From contig NC_068990.1 of the NCBI RefSeq assembly GCF_001194135.2, positions 3,375,800 to 3,439,799 of the forward strand: 64,000 nt of DNA, read 5' to 3'. The notes under the pieces are model-generated. The model worked only from the letters and a program-made list of their open reading frames with translations. It was not told the DNA's origin and searched no databases. Numbering within the stretch: the stretch's first letter is position 1; each line of letters starts with the position of its first letter. The DNA comes from Octopus bimaculoides (Eukaryota). Below are positions 1 to 12,186 of the stretch, piece by piece. The position numbers were made by a program, and so were the translations under genes.

Positions 1-346
1 GATGTAACGTAATATCAGTGAAATATTTCTAAATTTAGATTATATTAAATTGCATGCATCAAAGTTTGAAAAATGTTTTGAAATTTGAAATTACGCTAGC
101 AAATAGACGGAATTGGGGAATAATTGCTATGAGTTGCGCAAATGTGTAAACATTAGCATTTGTTGTCAATGATTTGATTCGTTTGTAAATTGTTCATTAT
201 GCTAACAACTGTGGATTGACTGATCTAAAAAACACGTATATATAATAATAATGTATTCAATCTAATTCATTTCAAAACAATTTTTACGTACGAAACGCCG
301 CTTGATATTCCAGGCATTAAAAGTATAATAGTAATATAATTATAGT

Positions 347-612
347 CGCTAGCGTGGCTGCGTGGTTAAGAAGCTTGTTTCACATGCACATGGTTCCGGA
401 TTCAGTGCCACTGCATGGCACGTTCGGCAAGTGTTTTCTATTATAGCTCGGGCCGACCAAAGCCTTGTGACTGTATTTGGAAGACGGAAACTGAAAGAAG
501 CCGTAATATTTGTAAATATTTATGGGTATGTGTATATTTATGTCTATGTTTGTTCCACCACCATCGCTTGACAACCGCTCTTATTGTGTTCGAGTCCCAG
601 TAAATTAACCGT
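347..612 (+). mobile_element. tRNA-derived SINE, family A (diverged; 3' end cut off by hammerhead element)
   Basis: A-box-like GTGGCTGCGTGG, B-box-like GGTTCCGGATTCAGTGCC, then ...GGCAAGTGTTTTCTA...GGGCCGACCAAAGCCTTG...AGACGGAAACTGAAAGAAGCC shared with copies at 2105, 11435, 37893, 44291. Confidence 0.85.
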
Positions 613-846
613 TTTCGTACAAACTTCCATTATGCAGCTGAGGAGTACATTTTCATTGCACATCTTATGTGGTGTTCTCACTACATAAATAAATGAAGCT
701 TGTACGAAACGTACGTACTGCTATAACCTATTGCATTTTTGTTGCTCTTCTTCAAATTTTATTCACCAAATCTCTAGATTTTGTTTTTGGTTTTTACCCT
801 ACAAAATTCTGGTGCCTCAAACATTTTAAGTACCACATTTAATATT
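611..846 (+). mobile_element. Hammerhead-bearing interspersed repeat (family H1, PLE pseudo-LTR-like), runs into gap
   Basis: 681-846 recurs inverted at 11124-11294; contains hammerhead core; 613-627 is an inverted copy of 695-709. Confidence 0.75.
634..721 (+). ncRNA. Type I hammerhead ribozyme (intact core, long stem II)
   Basis: Stem I GCAG(634-637)/CUGC(718-721); CUGAGGA 638-644; stem II GUACA/UGUAC plus UUCAUU/AAUGAA; GAAAC 706-710; palindromic stem III ACGUACGU; cleavage triplet GUA ending at 717. Confidence 0.8.
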
Positions 847-1284
847 NNNNNNNNNNNNNNNNNNNNNNNNNNNNNNNNNNNNNNNNNNNNNNNNNNNNNN
901 NNNNNNNNNNNNNNNNNNNNNNNNNNNNNNNNNNNNNNNNNNNNNNNNNNNNNNNNNNNNNNNNNNNNNNNNNNNNNNNNNNNNNNNNNNNNNNNNNNNN
1001 NNNNNNNNNNNNNNNNNNNNNNNNNNNNNNNNNNNNNNNNNNNNNNNNNNNNNNNNNNNNNNNNNNNNNNNNNNNNNNNNNNNNNNNNNNNNNNNNNNNN
1101 NAAAACACCTACATCCAGTTTGGGCAGGTCCGTTAGGCTCTTTGAGAGGATATCAAAACACCGTGGGTTGCTGTTGCAGTAACTGGTTCTGAAGCGCGAC
1201 TGCAATGCTGAGATCTTTGGCACTGTGCAGTGGCGACCCGTTCTGGTATTTGTGTGGCATTCAATGTCAAAATCTGGAACAATC

Positions 1285-1351
<67 letters not shown>

Positions 1352-2064
1352 TTTATTTATGTATACCTATACACACACATGTATAAAATATTCCTGTGCC
1401 GTCAAGAATGACTTAATTGTAAAGGCTATAAGTCAAAAACTAGTATTTGATAAATCTATGATCGTAGCATACATTCCATATACTTTATATAAATATGTTA
1501 CAACATTTAGTTCATGGTCAAGTGAGGTCCCAATAAATACTCATTTACCAGACCTATTTATATTTACGTCAGTTAATATAAATGTGTTTTCGCATTAAAT
1601 ATATCAGAAAAATAATGTACTAAAATGTTCAAATATGCTATAAACATCTCTAAGTCACATTTCAAACGTTGCACATTTGCAGTTTACACTGAATCATACA
1701 TTGCAGCAGATAAATTAGATTTTTTTTTATTAGTAATTTTTCTGAACAAATTGCGAAAGATTTATCCTTGTTGGGTTTTTACTATGGATACACTTTCGTG
1801 GTTAATTAAGCAGGTCTTTTATTACAGATTCTTTTGCGAAACATGTATTTCCAATCAGAATCCTTTGATCTTCACTCATTTCCATGTATAATCTCAGATT
1901 ATTCCTAAATTCATTACATACACACATATACTTACATATACACATATATAGGCACACACGCGCATACATACACACATTTATAGATACATGCTTGTACGTA
2001 TGTTTGTACAATCATAGTTATGTGTGTATGTATATATATTTATATACATACATATATAACATAA

Positions 2065-2103
<39 letters not shown>

Positions 2104-2104
2104 C

Positions 2105-2438
2105 AGGCACAGGTGTGACTGTGTGGTAACAACGTTGCTTCGCAACCACATGGTTCCGGGTTCAGTCCCACTGCGTGTCACCTTAGGCAAATGTTTTCTA
2201 CTATAGTCTCCGGTCGACCAAAATCTTGTGAGTGGATTCGGTAGACGGAACATGAAAGATGGCCGTCGTATATATGCGGGTGTGTATGAGTTTATCCCCG
2301 TAATCTAGCAGTTCGGCAAAAGAGACCGATAGAATAGGTACTAGGCTTACAAAGAATAAGTACTGGGGTCAATTTGTTCGACTAAATGCGGTGCCCCAGC
2401 ATGGCCACTGTCAAAATGACTGAAACAAGTAAAAGAAT
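2105..2438 (+). mobile_element. tRNA-derived SINE, family A, near full length
   Basis: GGTTCCGGGTTCAGTCCCACTGCG head, CACCTTAGGCAAATG core, 3' end GGTGCCCCAGCATGGCCACTGTCAAAATGACTGAAACAAGTAAAAGA. Confidence 0.9.
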
Positions 2439-2587
2439 ATATATACACATATTTATATATACATACATATATATATATAAATATATAAATACACACACAC
2501 ATACATACATACATACATACATACATACATACATACATACTTACATACGTACATACATTCAAACGTGCATACATACATAATACATAC

Positions 2588-3515
2588 ATGCGAGAATCGG
2601 CTGATTAAGTCTTCCATTTCCTGTTTTCCTGGCCGTATCATAGTCTCCCTTTCTCTAGTTTTCCTGGTCATTTCGCCTTCAGCATCTTTTGCGACTGCCT
2701 CAACACGTTGGCGTCAACTCATGATGTGGCCCTTTTGAAGATAGTAGACAAACACAATGTCTTTTGGATCACAAAACACTGAGTCCATCACTTTCCCTGC
2801 AGATGAAATGACCTCCATTTTCTTCGGAACTGGTGAGAAGAGGTATTTCCACTGCAGGGATTATCTCTCTGTCTCATGATCGAAATGATGAACACAACGC
2901 CCATCCTGGATCTGCCTCAAATAATTTCAGATTACTTCCCCTTGATGTGATCAGCCTGTTGCGCTTTTGATCAGGCATCAGATGACGTGGCACCCACCCA
3001 GTAGATACCTTTGTCATACCAAGCTCATTGCTCAGAATATTCTCAGCTATCTCACTATAGATACTAATTGCATTGGTCATATGATTTATTGTCAGTCGCC
3101 TGTCATCAATCAATATGTGCTGAGCATACTCAATGTTTTTTCGATGGTTGTAGTTGAAGGATGTCCAAACCTTGGATTATCTTCAATACACTCTCTTCTC
3201 CTCCAAAATGCAGCCGCTTACTTTTCCACAGTTGGTGAAACGGGTTCCTCATTCCCTAATGTAACAACCATGTCATCATGAATGTCGTTCGGAGCTTAAC
3301 AATTTTTTCTCTGTAGATGTCCGATAACGCCATGATGCCAAATTTTGTCCATTTTCAAGAGACTACCTACTTTTGAAGTCTTCTGTGAACAGTCAAATAC
3401 CCGTTTACTTGGCAAGAAACAATGCCGTTATTGATAAGGAGAGTTCAAATTAATACATGCGATTTAGAGCGCCAGCGTCATTCATTCATAGCCAGCCTAT
3501 GACATGTTCAATTCA
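2588..3515 (-). mobile_element. Mariner (Tc1/mariner) DNA transposon remnant, internally deleted
   Basis: Transposase homology 2650-3352. TIR-like TGCGAGAATCGGCTGATTAAGT at the left end; right end lost in (AGAT)n. Confidence 0.8.
2650..3352 (-). pseudogene. Mariner transposase pseudogene
   Basis: MDKIWHHGVIGHLQR..DIHDDMVVTLG..RRESIEDNPRFGHPST..IDDRRLTI..LGMTKVSTGWVPRHL..HHFDHETER*SLQWK..SAGKVMDSVFCDPKDIVFVYYLQKG. WVPRxL motif present; stops and frameshifts; C-terminal catalytic part missing. Confidence 0.88.
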
Positions 3516-3552
3516 GACAGACAGGCACACACAGGTAGATACATAAACAGAC

Positions 3553-3627
<75 letters not shown>

Positions 3628-3628
3628 C

Positions 3629-3683
<55 letters not shown>

Positions 3684-3684
3684 C

Positions 3685-3724
<40 letters not shown>
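3553..3724. repeat. (AGAT)n microsatellite
   Basis: Direct reading. Confidence 0.98.
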
Positions 3725-5944
3725 TGATTGACTGATTGACTGACTGATTGATTGATTGATCAATGCACGCAAACATACACACACACACAACGAAATTTGC
3801 ACAGAAGAAATGGAAAATAAATTCGATGTGCCTTTTCCTCTTTACAAGGTTTTGAACTCCTTGCCTAAGTATACCACTGAACTAGAGGATATAAAAAAAA
3901 TTGAAATAATAACAAATTTAGAATTGAGGGAATACCAATACGGAGCTTAAAGTCTGTTTTAGAAGAGAAAATAGATTGTAAATTGTTAATTAACTTTATT
4001 GATTACTTAATATACATGAAACATTTGTTACGCTACTGCATGGAGTATTGTTACCAGTATGTCAATAGGGTAAAAAGTAAAATATTGAATATTTAGTCTA
4101 TAAACTTCGAGATATCACATCTGTCAAGTTAGAAAACCTCGATACACCGAGAATTTGCGAGACACAGTCAGACATATTTACACACACGCATGTATACAAG
4201 TATGCGTACACACACACACACACATTTTGTTTTTTGATTTAACTGTGCTTCATCCGGTATCGTTAATGAAGTAAATCATGTCACCTTCTTAGTTTTCTAC
4301 ACCTAATTTATCTAACCAGACGTTTCCTTTACATTTCCTTCAGACAAATAACAATCTCCCGTTTGATACAGACATCAATCAGCTGTCCCCGCAAGCAACA
4401 AAAATAAAATCGGTGATTCATGCTTAAAATGATTGGTTCTTCAAAGAATTCATGTTTATTTTGTAGATGGCGTGTTCATTTCCTCTTTTAAAATGATTGC
4501 TATATGTCGTATTCGCATATTTTCTTACTCTCTAAGACGTACGGTATAGTTGACTTAATATTGAAAGTGCTACGTTGAGGACATAAGGTTATACATGTTT
4601 ACATCGTTAAAATGTTGCATCTAATTTATAAGTTCAAATCGTAATGGAAATATGTTGCCTAGCGTTCACTCCGGAGAAAAAAATAACAGATGATATTGGT
4701 TATCAATTGTATTTTCATATCACTAGTCGTGTTATAATCAGCTTGTCTAGAAAAGCAGACGAGAAATAACACGCCGCATGTTAAAAATGTTACGGCTCTG
4801 ATATCAGATTGAAGAAATACAAAATTTCTTTCATTGATGACATACCTACAATTGATATATTCAAGACCGGACGAATTCATTTCCTTACAATTTATACATC
4901 GTGTCATTTTCCCATTTACTTATAGTTTATACATTATATCATACTGTTGACGAAGTCATCCATCTTGATGACGACGTTTTGCTTGAAATTCCATTTTCTA
5001 TTTGCTCCAAAACAATAAACATTAAATAATATAGTCCATTCAACACCATTGTATCATTATGCTACATTAGGAAAACATTTTATTTTAGGTGAAAAATAGC
5101 CATAAAAGTGACTTATCACCAACGAACCATAACCATCATAGTGTATCTGAACTGGTAGCATATGGTCTGCTTTCACTCATTTTTTAAGTGTCTGTGTAGT
5201 CGAGTGTGGGTACACGTCTGGTCAACCCACACTTGACACAAATGAACATCGAGATTCTGTCAGTTGTGGTGAAAGAGAGCTGCACTAGTAATTAGCTGGT
5301 GGCCATTGCAGCAGAGTAGATTAAAACTGTTTAGAATGAAGTACCTTACTCCGAAACACAACATACAGCGTGTCAATCCCACAAGCTACTCAAAAGACAA
5401 CTACCCTTCACACGAGCATGAATTATAGTATCTCTGTTTCTTAAATGCCATGTTCCATTGTGATGGTTTGGTCCCATAGTTGCCCTAATTACTTAAGCAA
5501 TCTAATGATTAAAACCATTCCATCTCTTTTAATTGGTAACGGACCTTAATTAATATGGTTATGATTAATTGTTATTTCAAACAATAACTTTGTTGCATGA
5601 AGGTGCTTCATCTCTTATTCGTCATGGAATTAGCAAGTGTGTAGTCTTTATCATGTCTCATGCATTATTGATCCAATCTGTAACTGCTTAAGGCCAACGA
5701 TGTGGATTCGAGTAAAAACATATTAAGCAATTAAATAGGGAGTTTGTATTATACTACTAAAATCCATCGCATGTACGTGCAGGATGCACGTGGCTCCTTA
5801 GCCCAAAATTGGTATAACAACTATGTCAAAACTAATTCATTTTCAAGAGGGCCGCATCCGAAATGTTCACGTCTTGATTTCAGGAAAGAATCCGGATACA
5901 TTATGTACATTTGACGGACATTTGTCCTCATCTTGTTTGTTGTT

Positions 5945-5990
5945 AACACAACGTTTCGGTTGATATACCCTCCAACCTTCATCAGGTGTC
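5945..5990 (-). ncRNA. Minimal type I hammerhead ribozyme (intact core)
   Basis: GACAC-CUGAUGA-A-GGUUG(gaggguauau)CAACC-GAAAC-GUU-GUGUU: stem I GACAC/GUGUU, 5-bp stem II, palindromic ACGU stem III, GUU cleavage triplet. Confidence 0.88.
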
Positions 5991-6037
5991 TTGGGGAAAT
6001 TTCGAAACTGGGTTCTCATTCCTAAGGTATTTTTCGA

Positions 6038-6073
<36 letters not shown>

Positions 6074-6082
6074 CATTATTCA

Positions 6083-6155
6083 GGTCACTGCCTGGAATCG
6101 AACTCGGAATCTTAGGGTTAGTAGCTCACGCTCTTAACAACTACGCCATATGCTC
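6083..6155 (-). promoter_or_regulatory. tRNA-like internal Pol III promoter (A and B boxes) of family H2
   Basis: A box TGGCGTAGTTG (6148-6138), B box GAGTTCGATTCC (6105-6094), anticodon-loop-like CTACTAA; acceptor stem decayed, so not a functional tRNA. Confidence 0.75.
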
Positions 6156-6179
6156 ACGGGCATATGGCGTAGTTGTTAA
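6134..6179. repeat. Perfect 20-bp inverted repeat with 6-nt spacer
   Basis: TTAACAACTACGCCATATGC (6134-6153) / GCATATGGCGTAGTTGTTAA (6160-6179). Confidence 0.97.
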
Positions 6180-6267
6180 AAGAAAATGACTCTCTCCAGA
6201 CACGACAGTATATATATATATATATATATTNNNNNNNNNNNNNNNNNNNNNNNNNNNNNNNNNNNNN

Positions 6268-6338
<71 letters not shown>

Positions 6339-9300
6339 CATATAAATATACATATATATATATGTTTGTGCGTGTATGTATGTATGTATACACTTGTATA
6401 AAGAATAAGCCATTTGAAAAGTAATTAGCAGAATGGATTATTCAATAGGTGATTCTTTTTTAAGCGTAACGACATCCACTATATATATTTAATATATATT
6501 CTTACAATATACCATATATTGGTGTGCTAGGCTCCAATCAAATTTCATTTACAGAAAGTATTGTGTCTTGTCAATAATCAATGGAACAAGCATTCCAAAA
6601 GCTCTTATGGTGAAACAGACATATATCATAATATACAAATTTTATTCTGTATGTATTTATGCTGTATATTTTCTATGGTCAATATATATACATGAATTTC
6701 CGTATAGAATGTATTATAAGCTTCGTGTGCACGTATATACACATTTGAAATACTGATTTATAATATTCATTTCAAAATTTAAATATATACATCCTAGAGT
6801 GAATAATACGTTAGTGAACATAATTTAGCGGTTACTACCTCGGGTATTTAACTTACCTAGAAATCTGTTTCATTGCTTTCATTGTACGAATATTTTATAC
6901 TGAGTGCGTAAGACAGAGAAACTAAGTTTTGTAAAACATGATATGGTTCCTCTTTTGTTCGACATAGCTACGAATATTCTTCATTGAAAAGTATCAATTT
7001 GTTTTCATTACGTAAGTACTGAATTTTGAAGCGAATTTGGGATAGAATATAGAATCCATTAATACTAAGGTTTTAACGGTAGAAAACAATAAGAAATAAA
7101 ATAACTTTAAAAATTAATAATTCAAAAGCTGCTATCGTAATTAAGATCTCCAGGAGTTGGTCTATTGCTTTGTGTAAATATTTGAAATGTTTCTTCGGAC
7201 TAAACATGGAATTTCCGTATTACCCGATGTGCTGCATATAGAAATTTAAATTATTATTCGAAGATTGATCGCTTAAACTTAACGGTAACTCAGGAGTGAA
7301 TATGACTGGTAGCTTGCCATACACTTCCTCTAATTATTGCAAGTAGCTATGCAATCGTGCGCAGTCTTAGATGCATTTTCGGCTCTCCCAACCATAACAT
7401 TGTGGATACAGTACCTGGAGGGAGAGAAAACTGCACCAGAAATCTGTTGGTGGTCAAGGCCAACACCAAAATCAATAGCTCACTTGGCATTACATGCGAA
7501 AGTTTATTATTGCAGAAAAATTCTAGTATTCTTGAAAATATATTTTATTGGCTTCAACTTGGAAACAAAACGTTATCACAAATTTGGTCTTTGTCAAAGT
7601 TCAATATTTCTGTACATTGCTCGCTATATATCTCCGAAAAATAGTGGTTTCATTTTAACTAAATGTGTTTTTTTCTGTGAGAACGATCTATATTGACATT
7701 CGTAAGATCGTTAAGAGGCATAGGCAAAATGGACAGCCTCGATTCGCGCCTTGACTTAACAACGTTTTGAACCATGGTCTCCACAATTAAATGTTGTACA
7801 GGTGTAAAATAGAACATTTTTGTCAAAGTAAAATAACCGGAAACTAAAATATTTGGCAGTGTTTAGCTGTTATACTTATGCTCCCGCCAGACATTTTATA
7901 TATTAGAAGTAATATTACTTCTCTAGTAACAATAGATTTATTACGAGCATATATCTCAGCAGCTGCATTTCACAAAGAAAATACGATTTGTTATAACATG
8001 TCAGAAACACTTAAGCATACAATAATCAGTGAAGTAAAATTGATATATGTTCGTCTGGAAATTGTGCAGCATTTATGGTTTGGTCAGCTCCTATATTGCA
8101 TGTGTTTTGGCACTCAAATAACTCATCGAGAAGTTGTTATAGTTTTGAAGACGAATATATTAAGTATGAAACATGTGCGTTCACAATTTAGAGAGTATGT
8201 TAATAACTAAAATGGATATTTTATGCATTGTTTTACAGCAAAGTTTTTGTTAAATTAGTTTTATGATTCACAAGTTACATATTCCATTTTCTTTTTCATC
8301 TTCCATAAAATAATATTGAATCTAAAGAAGAAAAGAAACGTTTGAATGTCATCTTGAATTACAGCCTTCCAGTAGTTGGAAAGGTTTTCGACTTTTACTT
8401 CATGACTAAATAAAATTACGCATGGTCACCAGTAGCATGGAAAATGAATGGGCAGTTTTGAATATTTAATGATGTGATCAACAATAAGAGTATTGCTTTG
8501 ATCAAATCAATTGGTTTCATTCTCCCCACAGCGAGTGAAATCTCCGGTAAAAGTTTATTATTTTTTTGGCTCTATCGTTCGTTCGGCTATTCTTTACCTT
8601 CTGCCTCCTATGCTTACCGTTTATGCTTTTGTCGTTTTGCTTCTGTTTTATCATAGTGGCAAATCAAATATTTTATACAAATTTTGTACGATTTCATAAG
8701 TGATATATTTGTGTTTTGAAATAAATTTAAAGAGATTATTGTGTAACAATTGTTTGCTACATCAAGCGAGACCGAATAACTGCGTAGAAACTCCTTCATC
8801 ATATTTTGTACCGAATTAGTTTCTTTAATGTAACTCTCGCACTTCTTTACTCTATTATTTATAATTTAAATTAATAACCCCACACGTTATATTCAGATGT
8901 ACTTCAGTGATTGATAATGAAAAAAAATGTGGCCATTTTATTTTAATTGTCTAAATATTCTATCCATTGATTGAATGAGAGAAAATAATGATTTATTTTA
9001 TATTTTATATTGAACATTTTAGCTATTTTTTATTTTCACCATTTTTTATTCGTTTCTTCTCTTACGAGAGAGGCTCTTTTAATTATAAAATAAAACGAAA
9101 TCAATGCCTTTTCATGAATATTTTTTTCTAATAAAAGAGTATAATAAAAATAGTACCAAATAACTATTTCGAAACATTTCTTTCTCTAAAAGGGTAATCT
9201 TACATTTCTCATCAAGCTGAGTAGAACGATATTAAAAGCTGTCATAGTCGTATTAAATGGTATGATTTATTTCATGTTAATTATAGGTTTGCCTTATAGC

Positions 9301-11099
9301 TAGTAATTACAGACGATCTATTGACACAGCAAACAGATTGACTGGGTTGAGAAATGATGTCTTCACCTTCTTAGTATAAAGCAAACGCAAATTCGATAAA
9401 GGACTGCTTTGATATTCTGATATTTAACTCTCTCCACTGATTGATACATGATACAACCAAACATTTTACACTAACGAATAATGAGAGGAACGCTTTACGT
9501 TACCGTCTATGAATGTTGCCTATGTTGTCTGTTACGTGATCTATTTCAAGATAGCTCAGAGTAGTATGCTGTTCGTTAATTAATATTTAGTAATTTTCCC
9601 CTTTTCACAAGATACAATTAACCGATATTTTGGGAGAAAATAGGAAACTCAATGTTGTTGATTTCATATATTTCAAACGATGTTAATGACAATGCTATAT
9701 AAAACAAATTACTTTAACCCGAGGTGCATGTTGCTCGCCAATGGAATCTTATCACTTTATAAGTGGGCTTCTTACTATGCTGTCACAAAATTGAGGTTTC
9801 TGTAGACTTGGGAGAAGGTTTGATATGTTGATGATGTTGCTGTTTCTGTTGTTTAACCTCCATACCATCCGTAATAACTTTGTTGTTCTTTCAGACCAAA
9901 TCTACGCCGGATCACAGAAATCAATGCATCGTATTTTGAAATGGGATTGACCAACCAATTAGGAATTCCTTCGTTAGCTAGGTGATGGGAGGGAAATGTG
10001 ATTATGCGATATGCATACATTTCAAAAATGGTTTGGTGTTAGTGATGGTGTTGTGGTGGTGGCATCAGTGGCGAAATGAATGTATTTGTTTTATAAGGTC
10101 TAACATGTAATGTCTCAGATTTATCTCACGACATTCTTGCTATAAGATACCAGCCGTATGATTGTATAATTACATCTTAAAGACCACAGGGTAACATTAA
10201 CTAAATAGATTTACTGAAACAAAAAGTTATGAAAGTTTTCCTCCATACTATCGGATCACTTGCTAGAAATATAACTTAGAATTGCTTAACTTCTGCCATT
10301 ACAAATACGAAAAATATATTAGATAATGTAAGCGGGTTTCTAAGAAAATATAGATATAGTCCCGGCTGGAGTCTCTTTGATTGACGGTCTGCTTGATAAG
10401 AGCTCGCTAATGGTTAGACAACTTCATTGTGAAAGGAATTAAGTTAGATTACTCTAGGTTAAGTTAGGTTACATGAAGTAGAGCAGGTTCAACATATGTA
10501 AGCTAGTCACTGTTAATGTTGCTATCTAGGCGTGCTGGACACTGAAGTATTCCTTTTCCGTATATTTGAGTTCAGAGTGTATGACAATACAGATTTATAT
10601 TTGTAGAAAGAATTGTTTCAAGGCCATATAGTTTGTAGGAGGGAGTTATTTTGTCGGTTATATTTGTTTCAAATTTTGGCAGAAGGCCAGCAGTTTCGGG
10701 GTAGTGGGGAAAGACAGCCCGGTTCGAGAATCGAGCATACTCTAACAACTAAATCACACGCCTCCACACACACACACACACACACATACACACACACTGA
10801 CAAACACACACACACACAGGCACACACACACACAGACNNNNNNNNNNNNNNNNNNNNNNNNNNNNNNNNNNNNNNNNNNNNNNNNNNNNNNNNNNNNNNN
10901 NNNNNNNNNNNNNNNNNNNNNNNNNNNNNNNNNNNNNNNNNNNNNNNNNNNNNNNNNNNNNNNNNNNNNNNNNNNNNNNNNNNNNNNNNNNNNNNNNNNN
11001 NNNNNNNNNNNNNNNNNNNNNNNNNNNNNNNNNNNNNNNNNNNNNNNNNNNNNNNNNNNNNNNNNNNNNNNNNNNNNNNNNNNNNNNNNNNNNNNNNAT

Positions 11100-11294
11100 A
11101 TACAGAATAATAATGTAGATTTAATCAAAAGATTAAATGTGGTACTTAAAATGTTTGAGGCACTAAAATTTGGTAGGGTAAAAACCAAAAACAAAATCAA
11201 AAGATTTGGTGAATAAAATTCGAAATTAAGCAACAAAAATTCATTAGGTTATAGCAGTACGTACGTTTCGTACAAACTTCATTTATTTATGTAG
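11100..11294 (-). mobile_element. Second, 5'-truncated copy of family H1 (3' half of hammerhead only)
   Basis: Reverse complement of 681-846; retains GTAC-GAAAC-GTACGTA-CTGC (11273-11254) but lacks CTGAGGA; bounded by (TA)n and a gap. Confidence 0.85.
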
Positions 11295-11369
11295 ATATAT
11301 ATATACATGTATATATGTATGTGTGTGTGCGCGTGTGTATGTGTGTGTGTATGTGTGTGTGTATATATG

Positions 11370-11417
<48 letters not shown>

Positions 11418-11434
11418 CGTGCGTGTATGTGTGT

Positions 11435-11572
11435 GACGGGCTTTATTCAGTTTTCGCCAACCAAATCCACCGAGGCAGTAGTTGTAGAAACTTGCTTAAA
11501 GTGCCACGCAGTGAAACTGAACAGTGGAACTATGTGGTTGAGAAACGAGTTTCCTATCATACGGCAACGTCT
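11435..11572 (-). mobile_element. SINE family A, 5' half, diverged
   Basis: rc: ...ACCACATAGTTCCACTGTTCAGTTTCACTGCGTGGCACTTTAAGCAAG...GTGGATTTGGTTGGCGAAAACTGAATAAAGCCCGTC, followed by a (CA)-type tract. Confidence 0.75.
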
Positions 11573-11950
11573 GAGTCTATATACATAAGCGTACGTTTGT
11601 TTGTGCATGCAGTATGTGTAAATGCTTCAGATGTCAGCTTCGCCAGCCCAACGTCTTAAGTTCTATCTCCGTGCCTCGCATTTTAGCCGAATGTAATTTT
11701 TTGTACCTTCCTCTCAATTCATACGTGGTAAATGACATTTGGTGGACGGCAGATGCATAAAAGCCTGTCGAGTGGCTTACACACTTTGTCGCGCTGGTAA
11801 TATCTGGGAATTCCATTTCTTTTACTCGTAACAGTGGAGCGTGCAGCTAATCACTGATTAATTCAGAAGCAGATTCTTCAGTTGATCAACAACAACTGAA
11901 TCGCCGCCTTCAAACAACGTTGACTTCCTACACTCACACACAATCGAATC

Positions 11951-12186
11951 GTGGCTTCAAATTTTGACACGTACCCATGATCTTTTATTTATTTTTTTGC
12001 TTTGAGAGAAGGGAGGAATAGATTAAGTCTTTCTCAAAACTTCACTGGTACCTATTTTATCGGCCTGGAGATGGATGAAAGTCAAAATTGTCCTCAGTGG
12101 AATTTCTGCTCAGAAAGTAAAAGACAGATGAAATATCACTAAGCATTTTGCTCAACGTGTTAGCGATTCTGCTAGCTCACCACCTT
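11951..12186 (-). mobile_element. tRNA-derived SINE, family B, diverged
   Basis: rc head AAGGTGGTGAGCTAGCAGAATCGCTAACACG...; core ACTTTCATCC...CGATAAAATAGGTACCAG. Confidence 0.75.

Larger units (their letters stand above)
5870..6179 (-). mobile_element. tRNA-headed, hammerhead-bearing non-autonomous retroelement (family H2)
   Basis: Minus strand: tRNA-like head (6155-6083), (AAT)n spacer, ~50-nt linker, hammerhead (5990-5945), 3' tail; 20-bp snap-back palindrome at the 5' end; (TA)n at 6209 onward. Confidence 0.8.

Noticed and set aside
5325-5365. AGAATGAAGTACCTTACTCCGAAACAC
   Set aside because: Hammerhead-like spacing but core and triplet are too degenerate, with no second copy for support.
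6083-6155. Functional tRNA gene
   Set aside because: Acceptor and anticodon stems do not pair properly; it is the head of a retroelement.
7306-7696. Two overlapping 95-119 codon plus-strand ORFs and a strong minus-strand acceptor
   Set aside because: No recognisable domain, no consistent donor and conflicting strands.
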